A stretch of DNA of 64,000 nucleotides from an uncultured Burkholderiales bacterium (lineage in GTDB: Bacteria > Pseudomonadota > Gammaproteobacteria > Burkholderiales > Burkholderiaceae_C), in NCBI GenBank assembly GCA_903871545.1, contig CAIQHG010000018.1, positions 5,163-69,162 of the forward strand. Reading direction: 5' to 3'. Numbering within the stretch: position 1 is the first letter of the stretch; each line of letters starts with the position of its first letter. A program made the translations under genes and the position numbers. Under the pieces are notes generated by a model. That model was not told the DNA's origin. It saw only the letters and a list, made by a program, of their open reading frames with translations, and searched no databases. Below, piece by piece: positions 19,929 to 28,530 of the stretch.

Positions 19929-21392
19929 ATGAATAAATTAGTCAATCCGACTTCAAATAAAGACAATATAGAGGTACTTTTTGATCTTGCGTCAAGAAAT
20001 GCGGCTATGGGCCAATTCGAGCTTGCGCGCGAGCAGTATCTTCAGATACTGAGAACTGAGCCCACTCATCTTGAAACGTTGATTAATTTTGCTGTTCTAT
20101 TAGTGGACGCTGGCTATACCAGTGCTGCAAAAACAGCATACCTTCAAGCACTTAATCATCACCCTAATAATAGGTTAGCTAATATAAATCTGGCTAATTT
20201 GTATTTCATGGAAAGAGAGTTTGAAAAAGCAAAAATTCACTATAAATTTGTCCTAGGTGTTGATCTTAATAAGCACCCAATAGACGCAGAGCATCAAAGA
20301 AACACGGCACACGCACATCAAGGCCTTGCGCTTGTTTATTTTGAGGAGGGTAATCATGAGCTAGCAGCTTATCACCACGCTCAAGGTTATGCGCTGGAGA
20401 CAGTTCGTGTGTTTCAAAATCAAGGTAATGCAAGTCCCAAATCTTTATTGGTATTTATCGCGGGAAGAGGCGGAGATGTGCCCTGGCGCTCCGTGGTTGA
20501 TTCAGCCTACTTTAAGGTGCATACGATAGCGGTCGATTATTTCAAAAGTATGAGCAATGGAGTCAACTCGCTTCCAATGCACGATTTGATTTTCAATGCA
20601 ATAGGAGACGCAGACTCCAGTGCTGAGTCTCTAAATAAAGCGATTGATTTAATAGACTCTTGTGGGAACGATCCGCCTAGGCCTTTAATTAACGATCCGA
20701 TTGCTGTTTTAAAAACTGGTCGCCTTAACAATGCAAGAAGATTTGGGTTTCTTGAGGGTGTACGCACTCCTAAAACTTATTTGCTCAAAAGAGGAGAACT
20801 AGATCATTTAGCGCTTTTGGAACAAACTTTAGCGCAAACCCTCGAGTTTCCTTTAGTTGTGAGAAGTCTTGGTTTTCAAACGGGTCAACATTTTGAATAC
20901 GTTGCTGATTTCCAGGATTTGATCAAGTTTGCCAGAACTCTTCCCGGTGACCAATTGTTATTGATGGAGTTTTTAAACGCATGTGACAAGAAAGGATTTT
21001 TTAGAAAATACCGTGTGATGAGCATTAACGGTGAGTTGTTTCCACTGCACCTTGCACTCTCAAAGCATTGGAAAGTCCACTACTTTAGTGCAGCTATGAA
21101 AGACTCACCCGAGAACAGAGTCGAGGAGCAACATTTCTTAGAACACATGAACCAATCGATTGGACGCTCTGCGTTTGAAGCTTTGAAGACAATTTCAGAA
21201 TTAGTCGGATTAGACTATGCAGGAATTGATTTTGGGTTGAGTGATACTGGAGAGGTATTGTTTTTTGAGGCTAATTCCACAATGGTTATGGCGCTACCCC
21301 CTGTCGAGTCAATATGGGACTACAGACGAGGGGCAATCCTTGCCGCCAAACATGCAGCCACTCAAATGCTAATTCAAAAATCGAGCCTTTAA
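19929..21392 (+). CDS. TPR-fused ATP-grasp protein
   Basis: N-terminal TPRs; C-terminal FPLVVRS.GFQTG, LLMEFL, FRKYRVM and LDYAGIDFG...LFFEAN, the RimK-like ATP-grasp signature. Confidence 0.8.
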   Translation: MNKLVNPTSNKDNIEVLFDLASRNAAMGQFELAREQYLQILRTEPTHLETLINFAVLLVDAGYTSAAKTAYLQALNHHPNNRLANINLANLYFMEREFEKAKIHYKFVLGVDLNKHPIDAEHQRNTAHAHQGLALVYFEEGNHELAAYHHAQGYALETVRVFQNQGNASPKSLLVFIAGRGGDVPWRSVVDSAYFKVHTIAVDYFKSMSNGVNSLPMHDLIFNAIGDADSSAESLNKAIDLIDSCGNDPPRPLINDPIAVLKTGRLNNARRFGFLEGVRTPKTYLLKRGELDHLALLEQTLAQTLEFPLVVRSLGFQTGQHFEYVADFQDLIKFARTLPGDQLLLMEFLNACDKKGFFRKYRVMSINGELFPLHLALSKHWKVHYFSAAMKDSPENRVEEQHFLEHMNQSIGRSAFEALKTISELVGLDYAGIDFGLSDTGEVLFFEANSTMVMALPPVESIWDYRRGAILAAKHAATQMLIQKSSL

Positions 21393-21552
21393 GACTGCCC
21401 CTAAATGTTTTAGCTAAATACCCTTTCAAAGGTCATTCTTTGTTTTTTGCCTGTAATGTAAAGCTAGTAATAATTAAAGCGTCTAAAATAGACTAAATTC
21501 AGTGCTTACAAAATTTGGTTTCGTTTCCCCCCTTTTCCTATTTTTCTAACTT

Positions 21553-22590
21553 ATGTTTATTCAAAATACCTGGTATGTTGCCGCTTCAAGTGAGGATATT
21601 AAAGACAAGCCATTAGGTCGCATGATTTGCAATCATCGAATGGTTTTCTTTCGCAACTTGGATAATGAAGTTGCTGCTTTAGAGGATTTCTGTCCCCACA
21701 GAGGCGCTCCCTTGTCTCTTGGTTTCACCAGTGGTGGAAATATTGTTTGCGGATACCATGGCTTGGCCGTTGACTGTAGCGGCCACGCTGCTGCGATGAC
21801 GGGTCAAAATACCTCCCAATTTCCTAAAGTAAAAAGTTTTCCTGCCGTCGAACGCTACGGCTTTATTTGGGTATGGCCAGGCAACGCAGAGTTGGCCAAT
21901 GAATCGCTAATTCCAGTCATGCACTGGTATAACAACCCTGACTGGGCGTACGGGGGAGGGATGTACCACATCAATTGCAACTATCTGCTCATGATTGATA
22001 ACCTGATGGACTTAACCCACGAAACTTACGTGCACGCCTCAAGTATTGGACAATCCGAGATTGAGCAAGAACCAGTTAAAACAACCTTTGATGAAAAGAC
22101 GGTCTGTACAAGCCGTCATATGTCCGGTATTAAGGCCCCCCCCTTTTGGCAACAAGCTTTATTAGCCCAGGGTTTGCCTGCTAATGAAGCAGTGGACCGG
22201 TGGCAAGTCTGCAAATTCTCACTTCCCACTCATGTGATGATTGATGTGGGTGTGGCGGTGGCGGGTAAAGGCGGTTATGACGCACCGAACCAATACAAGG
22301 CCGCTAGCACTGTTGTAGATTTCATTACGCCTGAGAGTGAGACATCGATGTGGTATTTTTGGGGTATGGCTAGACAATTCAAAACTCAGGATCCTGCAGT
22401 TACCGATCAAATTAGGCAGGGACAGGGCGGTATTTTTGGAGAGGACTTACAAATGCTTGAGCGCCAACAAAGCAACTTGTTGCACTGGCCACAACGTAGA
22501 CTTATGAAGTTAAATATTGACGCCGGCGGAGTTCACTCGCGAAGAATAATTGAAAAAGAGATCTCTCTTGAAACTCAATTAACCACTTAA
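21553..22590 (+). CDS. Rieske non-heme iron oxygenase, VanA (vanillate O-demethylase)-like
   Basis: Rieske CPHRGAPLS...CGYHG, mononuclear Fe site DNLMDLTHETYVH, and EDLQMLERQQ. Confidence 0.88.
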   Translation: MFIQNTWYVAASSEDIKDKPLGRMICNHRMVFFRNLDNEVAALEDFCPHRGAPLSLGFTSGGNIVCGYHGLAVDCSGHAAAMTGQNTSQFPKVKSFPAVERYGFIWVWPGNAELANESLIPVMHWYNNPDWAYGGGMYHINCNYLLMIDNLMDLTHETYVHASSIGQSEIEQEPVKTTFDEKTVCTSRHMSGIKAPPFWQQALLAQGLPANEAVDRWQVCKFSLPTHVMIDVGVAVAGKGGYDAPNQYKAASTVVDFITPESETSMWYFWGMARQFKTQDPAVTDQIRQGQGGIFGEDLQMLERQQSNLLHWPQRRLMKLNIDAGGVHSRRIIEKEISLETQLTT

Positions 22591-22628
22591 TTGAACCCAG
22601 TGAGGTGTGGGGAAAGCAGAGCAATCGA

Positions 22629-25190
22629 CTAAGAGCAGAATTGGATGTGAATACTCTCTTTGGGCAAAGCCAATTTATGTCGTTTAAATATTTCCTCAAA
22701 CGCCTTCTCCAAATACTTGGTAAATTCAGCGCTTTTGAATAACGGAGCTTTGGCTTTAGCTAAGTTCAGTTTATGTCTAATAGCGTCCAACTCATCCCTA
22801 TGAGTTGCAAGGTGTATCGCCAACTGCATGTAGTCTTCATCATTTTGGGTAATCATCTCCGCAAGCCCTAGGGCGCTCAGCAAACTGGCACAAACTCTGG
22901 CGGCAAATCCTTTTCCAATTTGTGTCAAAACCGGCAAGCCAGCCCAAAGGGCATCACTAGCTGTGGTGTGGGCGTTATAGGGCAGCGTGTCTAAAAATAG
23001 ATCGGCGTGAATATGCCGGCCTAAATGCTCAGAAAGCGGCAGTCTATTTGCAAATATAAGCCGTTGTGGATCAACACCTCTTTTAAGTGCTTCTAATTTA
23101 AGATTCTCGGCAATTTGTAAATCGTCCTCTAAAAGCCAGAGGACACTTGACCCAACTTTTTTCAATAAATCCATCCAAATTGTAAAAACAGAGGGAGTGA
23201 TTTTATAAGTACTATTAAAGCAACAAAATACAAAACTATGCATGGGCAGTCCGTGGTCTAGTTTAGTTTTTTTGCAGGGCTTAATTAAGCGCTTCGTATC
23301 GTTGATTTGATAGGAATCAGGTAAGTAGATAATTTTCTCGCTGTAACAAGCTTCATACTCAGGGGGGATGCAGACTTTATCTGCAATCAAATAGTCCATG
23401 CATTCTGAGCCGCTTGTGCCTGGGTACCCAAGGTAGGATACTTGAATGGGGGCACAGCGGTGCACAAAGATGTTAAATTTGCTGTCTAGCGTAAAACCTT
23501 TTAAATCAATAGCAATATCAATACCTTTTGCTTTGCAAAGATCAGCTATTTCTTTATCGCCTATGTCCTTGACATCTATAAAGTGTTCGACTGCGCTTTT
23601 GATCCTCTTTTGCATATCGTCTTCAGTATGTGGGCCAAAGGAAATTGCAAACACTTCAAATTTATCTTTTGCATGCAATTCAAAGAGCTCTGCTATCAAA
23701 AAGGCCGTGGCGTGATTATGAAAATCGGCTGACAAATAAGCAATTCGGATCCTTTTATTTAAATCCTCGGTTATGAGCGGGCCTATGCGTGGGTTTAGAA
23801 GGGGTTTACTGCATTCCTCTACGCCGATTGGTTTAGGGTGTTTATCTTGAACCCAAAGCACAGAGCTTTTAAGATGGAGTAAAGGGGAATCAATTAATGC
23901 GAGAACAGGAAAGGGGTGACTGATATTTTTAGATTGTTCAATTAATGCAATCATTTGATCCACTAAAAACCCTGTTTTTTTAAAAGGCTCATTTTCGAAA
24001 AGGTATCTCTTTGAGTTTATTTTTGTTAAGTCATTCAAACTCGACGCCTTCGACGCATTCGACCCATTCGAATGATCTGACTCATCTGACCAACTGGACC
24101 AATCGCCAGCGTGCATTTGAGTGTGAATGAGATTACCCAACGCATATTCATAATTAGGGTCAATAGATATCAGGTGTTTAAAGTCTTCTATGGCTAGTTT
24201 GTAGTGTTTTAGCTGCCTAAGTGTGAGTGCTCGACCATTTAATGCCTTAATGAAACTAGCATCAATTTCCAGTGCCTGGTCGTAGTTTTGTTTTGCGTCC
24301 TCATAAAACCCAAGCTGGTGTTGTACGACCCCTAGGTTGTAAAGTGTCTCTAGCCGTTCGGAATTATTGGCCAGCTCTAATGCGTATTTATAAGACTTAT
24401 TTGCGCTGTTAAATTGTGATAGTTCTTTACACGCATTTCCCAAATTGTTCCAGCCCCCATAAGAACCCGGGTTGAGGAGAACGGCACAAGTTAATGACTC
24501 CTTAGACAGTTCGTACATGGCGCCTAAAAATTGGACTGTACCTTTATTAAAGTAGGCATCTGAGAGTGCAGGCTCTATTGAAATTGAGCGGCTTAGTAGT
24601 AGGATAGCCTCCTCGTAGTCTTTTTTTGCGCTCAGTTCGTTTGCAAGATTAATATACGCGGGGTAATGTTGGGGGCTCAACTCGATAGATTTTTCAAAGG
24701 CTTTTAGACATTTTGATTGAGATTTTTCATCTTTCATGTCTCTGAGCAAACATGCCAAATTAAAATGCGCTGGAGCAAAATCTCCTTTTATGCAGATACT
24801 TCTTTTATAGCTCAAAAGAGAGCCCTGAAGGTCCCCAAGTTTATGAAGTGCGGTACCTTTGTTTATGTATGCTTGGTGCTCTTGAGGATTCAGCACAATA
24901 GATGCATTCAAGTAATGAACTGCTAGTTGGTGCTCTGCAAGCTTTAGACACGAAGTGGCAGCGCTGTAATAGGTTAGGAAATAATTTCGTTCAAACATCA
25001 AAGCATTTTTAAATTTCTCTAAAGCCAATCGATCTTGACCCTGCTCTTGGTATAAAAGACCCACTAAATTAAGCGTTTGAAAGTGATTAGGCTCTTCTTT
25101 TAAAATGCAGAGATATAGTTCCAAGGCTTTGGCCAAGTCCTTTTTTTCATGAAAGCTAAGAGCTCGATCGATTGCTAATTTAAGATTCAT
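22629..25190 (-). CDS. TPR-fused GT41 (OGT-like) glycosyltransferase
   Basis: Long TPR array, then SADFHNHATAFL, DLKGFT, QVSYLGYPGT, FNSTYKIT, DTLPYNAHTT and FAARVCASLL. Confidence 0.9.
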   Translation of the reverse strand: MNLKLAIDRALSFHEKKDLAKALELYLCILKEEPNHFQTLNLVGLLYQEQGQDRLALEKFKNALMFERNYFLTYYSAATSCLKLAEHQLAVHYLNASIVLNPQEHQAYINKGTALHKLGDLQGSLLSYKRSICIKGDFAPAHFNLACLLRDMKDEKSQSKCLKAFEKSIELSPQHYPAYINLANELSAKKDYEEAILLLSRSISIEPALSDAYFNKGTVQFLGAMYELSKESLTCAVLLNPGSYGGWNNLGNACKELSQFNSANKSYKYALELANNSERLETLYNLGVVQHQLGFYEDAKQNYDQALEIDASFIKALNGRALTLRQLKHYKLAIEDFKHLISIDPNYEYALGNLIHTQMHAGDWSSWSDESDHSNGSNASKASSLNDLTKINSKRYLFENEPFKKTGFLVDQMIALIEQSKNISHPFPVLALIDSPLLHLKSSVLWVQDKHPKPIGVEECSKPLLNPRIGPLITEDLNKRIRIAYLSADFHNHATAFLIAELFELHAKDKFEVFAISFGPHTEDDMQKRIKSAVEHFIDVKDIGDKEIADLCKAKGIDIAIDLKGFTLDSKFNIFVHRCAPIQVSYLGYPGTSGSECMDYLIADKVCIPPEYEACYSEKIIYLPDSYQINDTKRLIKPCKKTKLDHGLPMHSFVFCCFNSTYKITPSVFTIWMDLLKKVGSSVLWLLEDDLQIAENLKLEALKRGVDPQRLIFANRLPLSEHLGRHIHADLFLDTLPYNAHTTASDALWAGLPVLTQIGKGFAARVCASLLSALGLAEMITQNDEDYMQLAIHLATHRDELDAIRHKLNLAKAKAPLFKSAEFTKYLEKAFEEIFKRHKLALPKESIHIQFCS
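24041..24076. repeat. 9-bp degenerate tandem repeat inside the GT41 gene
   Basis: TCGACGCCT TCGACGCAT TCGACCCAT TCGAATGAT; encodes the HSNGSNASKASS stretch. Confidence 0.6.
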
Positions 25191-25380
25191 TTAATGGATC
25201 ACTCTATTAATTAGGATCTTCGGATTCTGTGTAAAGAAGGCGAAAAAGACTCAGTTTACAATCAGCTAGTTAGTTTAAGGTTTTTATTTTTAGCTCACAA
25301 ATAGTATACAAAGCTGAATACACGAAAAGTTTTTAGTTTGTGCTAATTAAGTCAAACTCACATGGAATGATGGGATATTA

Positions 25381-26235
25381 ATGCGTTTTGCTTTCACCGC
25401 CTCCGATAGATATCTAGGGATTGTTGAGACTTTTGTGGAAGCTGGTTGGACGCCAGTCAAACTGTTTACGCTTCCAACAGACGATAACCGAGTCTTTCCA
25501 GTAACAGCAACCCTTAATTTCGCGGCTCAAAGGGGTTTGCCCATACAGCTCTCACCGATTCAAGAGGAGGATCTGAAGACTTTGGCTGAAAAGGGCTGTG
25601 AGGTATTAATTGTTGCCAGTTATAGTTTCAAGATCCCCGACTGGACGCCTTACCTTAAATATGCAATAAATTTTCATCCCTCTCCACTGCCAGTGGGTCG
25701 AGGCCCTTACCCAATGATTCGCGCCATACAACAAAGGCTGCCAAGTTGGGGAGTCGCCTGTCATAAGTTAGCACCAGCCTTTGACTCTGGGGACATTTTA
25801 GCGATAGAGGAGTTTCCTTTATCAGCAACGGATAATCACGACATATTAGACCTAAAAATTCAAATGGCTAATAAAAGACTCGCCAAACGTGTTGTCAACG
25901 ACTTTCAATCGCTTTGGGGCCAATCCCAGCCGCAAAGTCCCAGTGAGTTTTGGCGGCTTTGGAGAGAAGGGGACAAAACCATTAATTTCAACTCTAAAGT
26001 TGGAGATATTCTGACCCAGATTGATGCTTTTGGAATCCATGAGGTGATCGCACATGTTAATGGTTTTAAAGTTCGTGTAAAACGCGCCCTGGGCTGGGTC
26101 GAAAACCATGAAAATATCCCAGGGCACGTAATTCATGCATTTGGCTCCAATGTAGTGGTTGCTGCGCTGGACGGCTATATTGCTCTGACAGAATGGACCG
26201 CAGAGGGGCCCAGTTCGGCACAAAGTAAATCTTGA
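25381..26235 (+). CDS. Formyltransferase family protein (Fmt-like fold)
   Basis: INFHPSPLPVGRGPYP and FDSGDIL catalytic motifs plus a C-terminal Fmt-like domain. Confidence 0.85.
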   Translation: MRFAFTASDRYLGIVETFVEAGWTPVKLFTLPTDDNRVFPVTATLNFAAQRGLPIQLSPIQEEDLKTLAEKGCEVLIVASYSFKIPDWTPYLKYAINFHPSPLPVGRGPYPMIRAIQQRLPSWGVACHKLAPAFDSGDILAIEEFPLSATDNHDILDLKIQMANKRLAKRVVNDFQSLWGQSQPQSPSEFWRLWREGDKTINFNSKVGDILTQIDAFGIHEVIAHVNGFKVRVKRALGWVENHENIPGHVIHAFGSNVVVAALDGYIALTEWTAEGPSSAQSKS

Positions 26236-26363
26236 TTATTCATTACGTGCGCATTTTGACAAACTCACAATAGCTAGGAGTTTAAGAAACAGGCATTAAT
26301 TTAACAATGTTGGTTAGTTTTTTCTCATAGAATACTGCAAAGTATTAGTTAATGAATTTATCA

Positions 26364-26373
26364 CCCCCCCCCC
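26364..26373. repeat. Poly-C(10) homopolymer upstream of the TerC-family gene
   Basis: tcaCCCCCCCCCCtcccgag, 23 nt upstream of the ATG. Confidence 0.8.
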
Positions 26374-26396
26374 TCCCGAGTAAATAGGACCACCAT

Positions 26397-27095
26397 ATGT
26401 TAGATTTATTTACCAATCCAGATACTTGGTTGGCACTGTTACAAATTTGTATTATCAACATTGTGTTGAGTGGGGACAATGCGGTTGTAATTGCTTTGGC
26501 TTGCCGCTCTTTGCCTCCCAAGCAAGCTAAAACGGCTTTTATGATAGGTGCAGTTGGTATCATAGTTCTGAGGGTAGGATTAACGGCCGTCGCGTCCCTT
26601 TTGCTTGATATCCCCTTTGTCTCAATTGTGGGTAGTGTTCTCTTGGTCTGGATTGCGGTCAAGCTATTTGCTAGTGATGAGGATGATCAGGACCTAGAGG
26701 GAGGCTCCCATTTTTGGGAGGCTGTGAGAATTATTATCATCGCCGATATTGTCATGAGCCTTGACAATGTCTTAGGTGTGGCAGCAGTTGCAAAAGGACA
26801 CACTTGGATGCTTATTCTTGGAATGGTTATAACTGTGCCGCTCATCCTATTTGGCAGCGCCCTCATAATGAGACTGATGGACCGTTTCCCTTTGGTCATC
26901 CCCCTCGGAGCTGCTTTGTTGGGTTATGTGGCAGGCGAAATGCTGATAGGCGATCCTGCAATATCTAGCTATATAGCTACCAATATTCCAATGGCTAATT
27001 TTATTTTCCCTTTAGCGGGAGCTGCATTAGTTTTTGCTATTGGCAAGTTCTTGGAGCGTCGCAATCAATCCAGTCGCTCTGAGCAATCGAGCTGA
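26397..27095 (+). CDS. TerC family (YjbE-like) membrane protein
   Basis: INIVLSGDNAVVIALACR, IIIADIVMSLDNVLGVA and LMDRFP motifs. Confidence 0.93.
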   Translation: MLDLFTNPDTWLALLQICIINIVLSGDNAVVIALACRSLPPKQAKTAFMIGAVGIIVLRVGLTAVASLLLDIPFVSIVGSVLLVWIAVKLFASDEDDQDLEGGSHFWEAVRIIIIADIVMSLDNVLGVAAVAKGHTWMLILGMVITVPLILFGSALIMRLMDRFPLVIPLGAALLGYVAGEMLIGDPAISSYIATNIPMANFIFPLAGAALVFAIGKFLERRNQSSRSEQSS

Positions 27096-27320
27096 AGCTT
27101 ATACGTATGGGATTAAATAGGCACACACTCTAGCGAGACCATTGATTTGAATCCATGATTCAAAAAATACACTGCCTGCTTGAAACTTGAACTTATTGAG
27201 GCTTCTTTTTAGCAGCCCAATTACCGTAAACCCTAATTTTACTTTGAAGCAATTGACCTATTATTTGGCATCAGTTTTAAATTCGCGTGGTGCGAAACTT
27301 TTTTTAGGGTTCAAAAATTT

Positions 27321-28298
27321 ATGCCAACGAACAGAATGTTCAATAGAAGAGAAATCGTCTCAGGTCTAGGTGCACTTGCTATACCTTTGTCTGGGCTTTG
27401 CGCCGATGACCCTGATTTTCCCAATAAACCAATAGAGATTGTGGTCCCAGCCTCTGCAGGGGGCGGGACAGATGCAGTTTCACGTGCTTTTTCTGAAGCA
27501 GCAAAAAAATACTTAAGCCAGCCCGTAACTATAAATAACAAACCTGGAGCCTCTGGGGCTATAGGAATGGGTGACATGATCAATGCTAAACCAGATGGCT
27601 ATAAGTTGTGTATGGTGATTGTTGAAATTACTATCTTGCCTTCTTTGGGTTTGACCAAATATACCTATGAGGATTTCATTCCTATCGCCCAGCTAAATGC
27701 AGATCCTGCCGCGATAACTGTGAAGGCAGATTCGCCTTGGAATACGATTGAAGAATTTCTAAGCGATGCCCAAAAATCCCCTGATAGCATTAAGATGGGC
27801 AACTCCGGAAACGGGTCTATATGGCATTTGGCACATGCTTCTCTTGAGGATAAAGTCGGGGTGAAATTCAATCCAATTCCCTTTCAAGGCGCTGCTCCCG
27901 CGGTCGTCGCTTTGCTGGGAGGGCATATTGATGCTGTGTCCGTGAGTCCGGGCGAGGTCTCAGCCCAAGTTGCAGCTGGAAAACTGCGCACACTAGCCGT
28001 CATGTCGGACCAAAGAGTCAAAGGTTTTGACAAAGTTCCAACGCTTAAAGAGCGTAAGATTGATCTATCTATAGGCGCTTGGAGAGGGCTTGCTACACCA
28101 AAAGGAACCCCGGCTAATGTCGTTGCCACATTGAGAGCGGCCGCAAAAGGGGCTGCCTCTGAGTCCATGTTTAAAGATTCTTTGGATAAGCTAAATCTTG
28201 GGTTTGCCTATAATGATGCGGATGTCTTTAAGCAAATTATGCAAAAAGACAGCGAGATGTTTAAAAAACTCATCGCAAAAATAGGGCTTAAAGTTTGA
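27321..28298 (+). CDS. Bug/TctC tripartite tricarboxylate transporter substrate-binding protein
   Basis: Tat-like RR signal, FPNKPIEIVVPASAGGGTD, NKPGASGAIG, PDGY and WRGLATPKGTP motifs. Confidence 0.93.
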   Translation: MPTNRMFNRREIVSGLGALAIPLSGLCADDPDFPNKPIEIVVPASAGGGTDAVSRAFSEAAKKYLSQPVTINNKPGASGAIGMGDMINAKPDGYKLCMVIVEITILPSLGLTKYTYEDFIPIAQLNADPAAITVKADSPWNTIEEFLSDAQKSPDSIKMGNSGNGSIWHLAHASLEDKVGVKFNPIPFQGAAPAVVALLGGHIDAVSVSPGEVSAQVAAGKLRTLAVMSDQRVKGFDKVPTLKERKIDLSIGAWRGLATPKGTPANVVATLRAAAKGAASESMFKDSLDKLNLGFAYNDADVFKQIMQKDSEMFKKLIAKIGLKV

Positions 28299-28391
28299 CA
28301 AAAAAGATTTGAATCTTAAACTTATTGTCTATTCATTATTTTTAAAGCGTGTTGATCTAAGGGTTAGGGGGTTTTTAAGTTAAGCCTCGGT

Positions 28392-28530
28392 TATAATGAA
28401 GAGCTTTTTAGCACCTTTTAATCACACGCCCACGCTTTATTTAAAGACCAATCCCTCAATCGAACACACCCTCGAAGAGTTAACTCTTAAAGGTGCGATG
28501 GGCGTCACCGAAATTTAAACGGAGAACCCA
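28392..28530 (+). promoter_or_regulatory. carA promoter (-10 TATAAT) and structured 5' leader
   Basis: TATAAT at 28392-28397; several complementary segments (see findings); SD GGAG at 28521-28524. Confidence 0.55.

Noticed and set aside
26235-26397. yybP-ykoY manganese riboswitch expected upstream of terC
   Set aside because: No GGGGAGUA or associated conserved elements are present. A GCGAGACCAT-like string occurs only downstream of the gene (about 27132-27142), without the rest of the motif.
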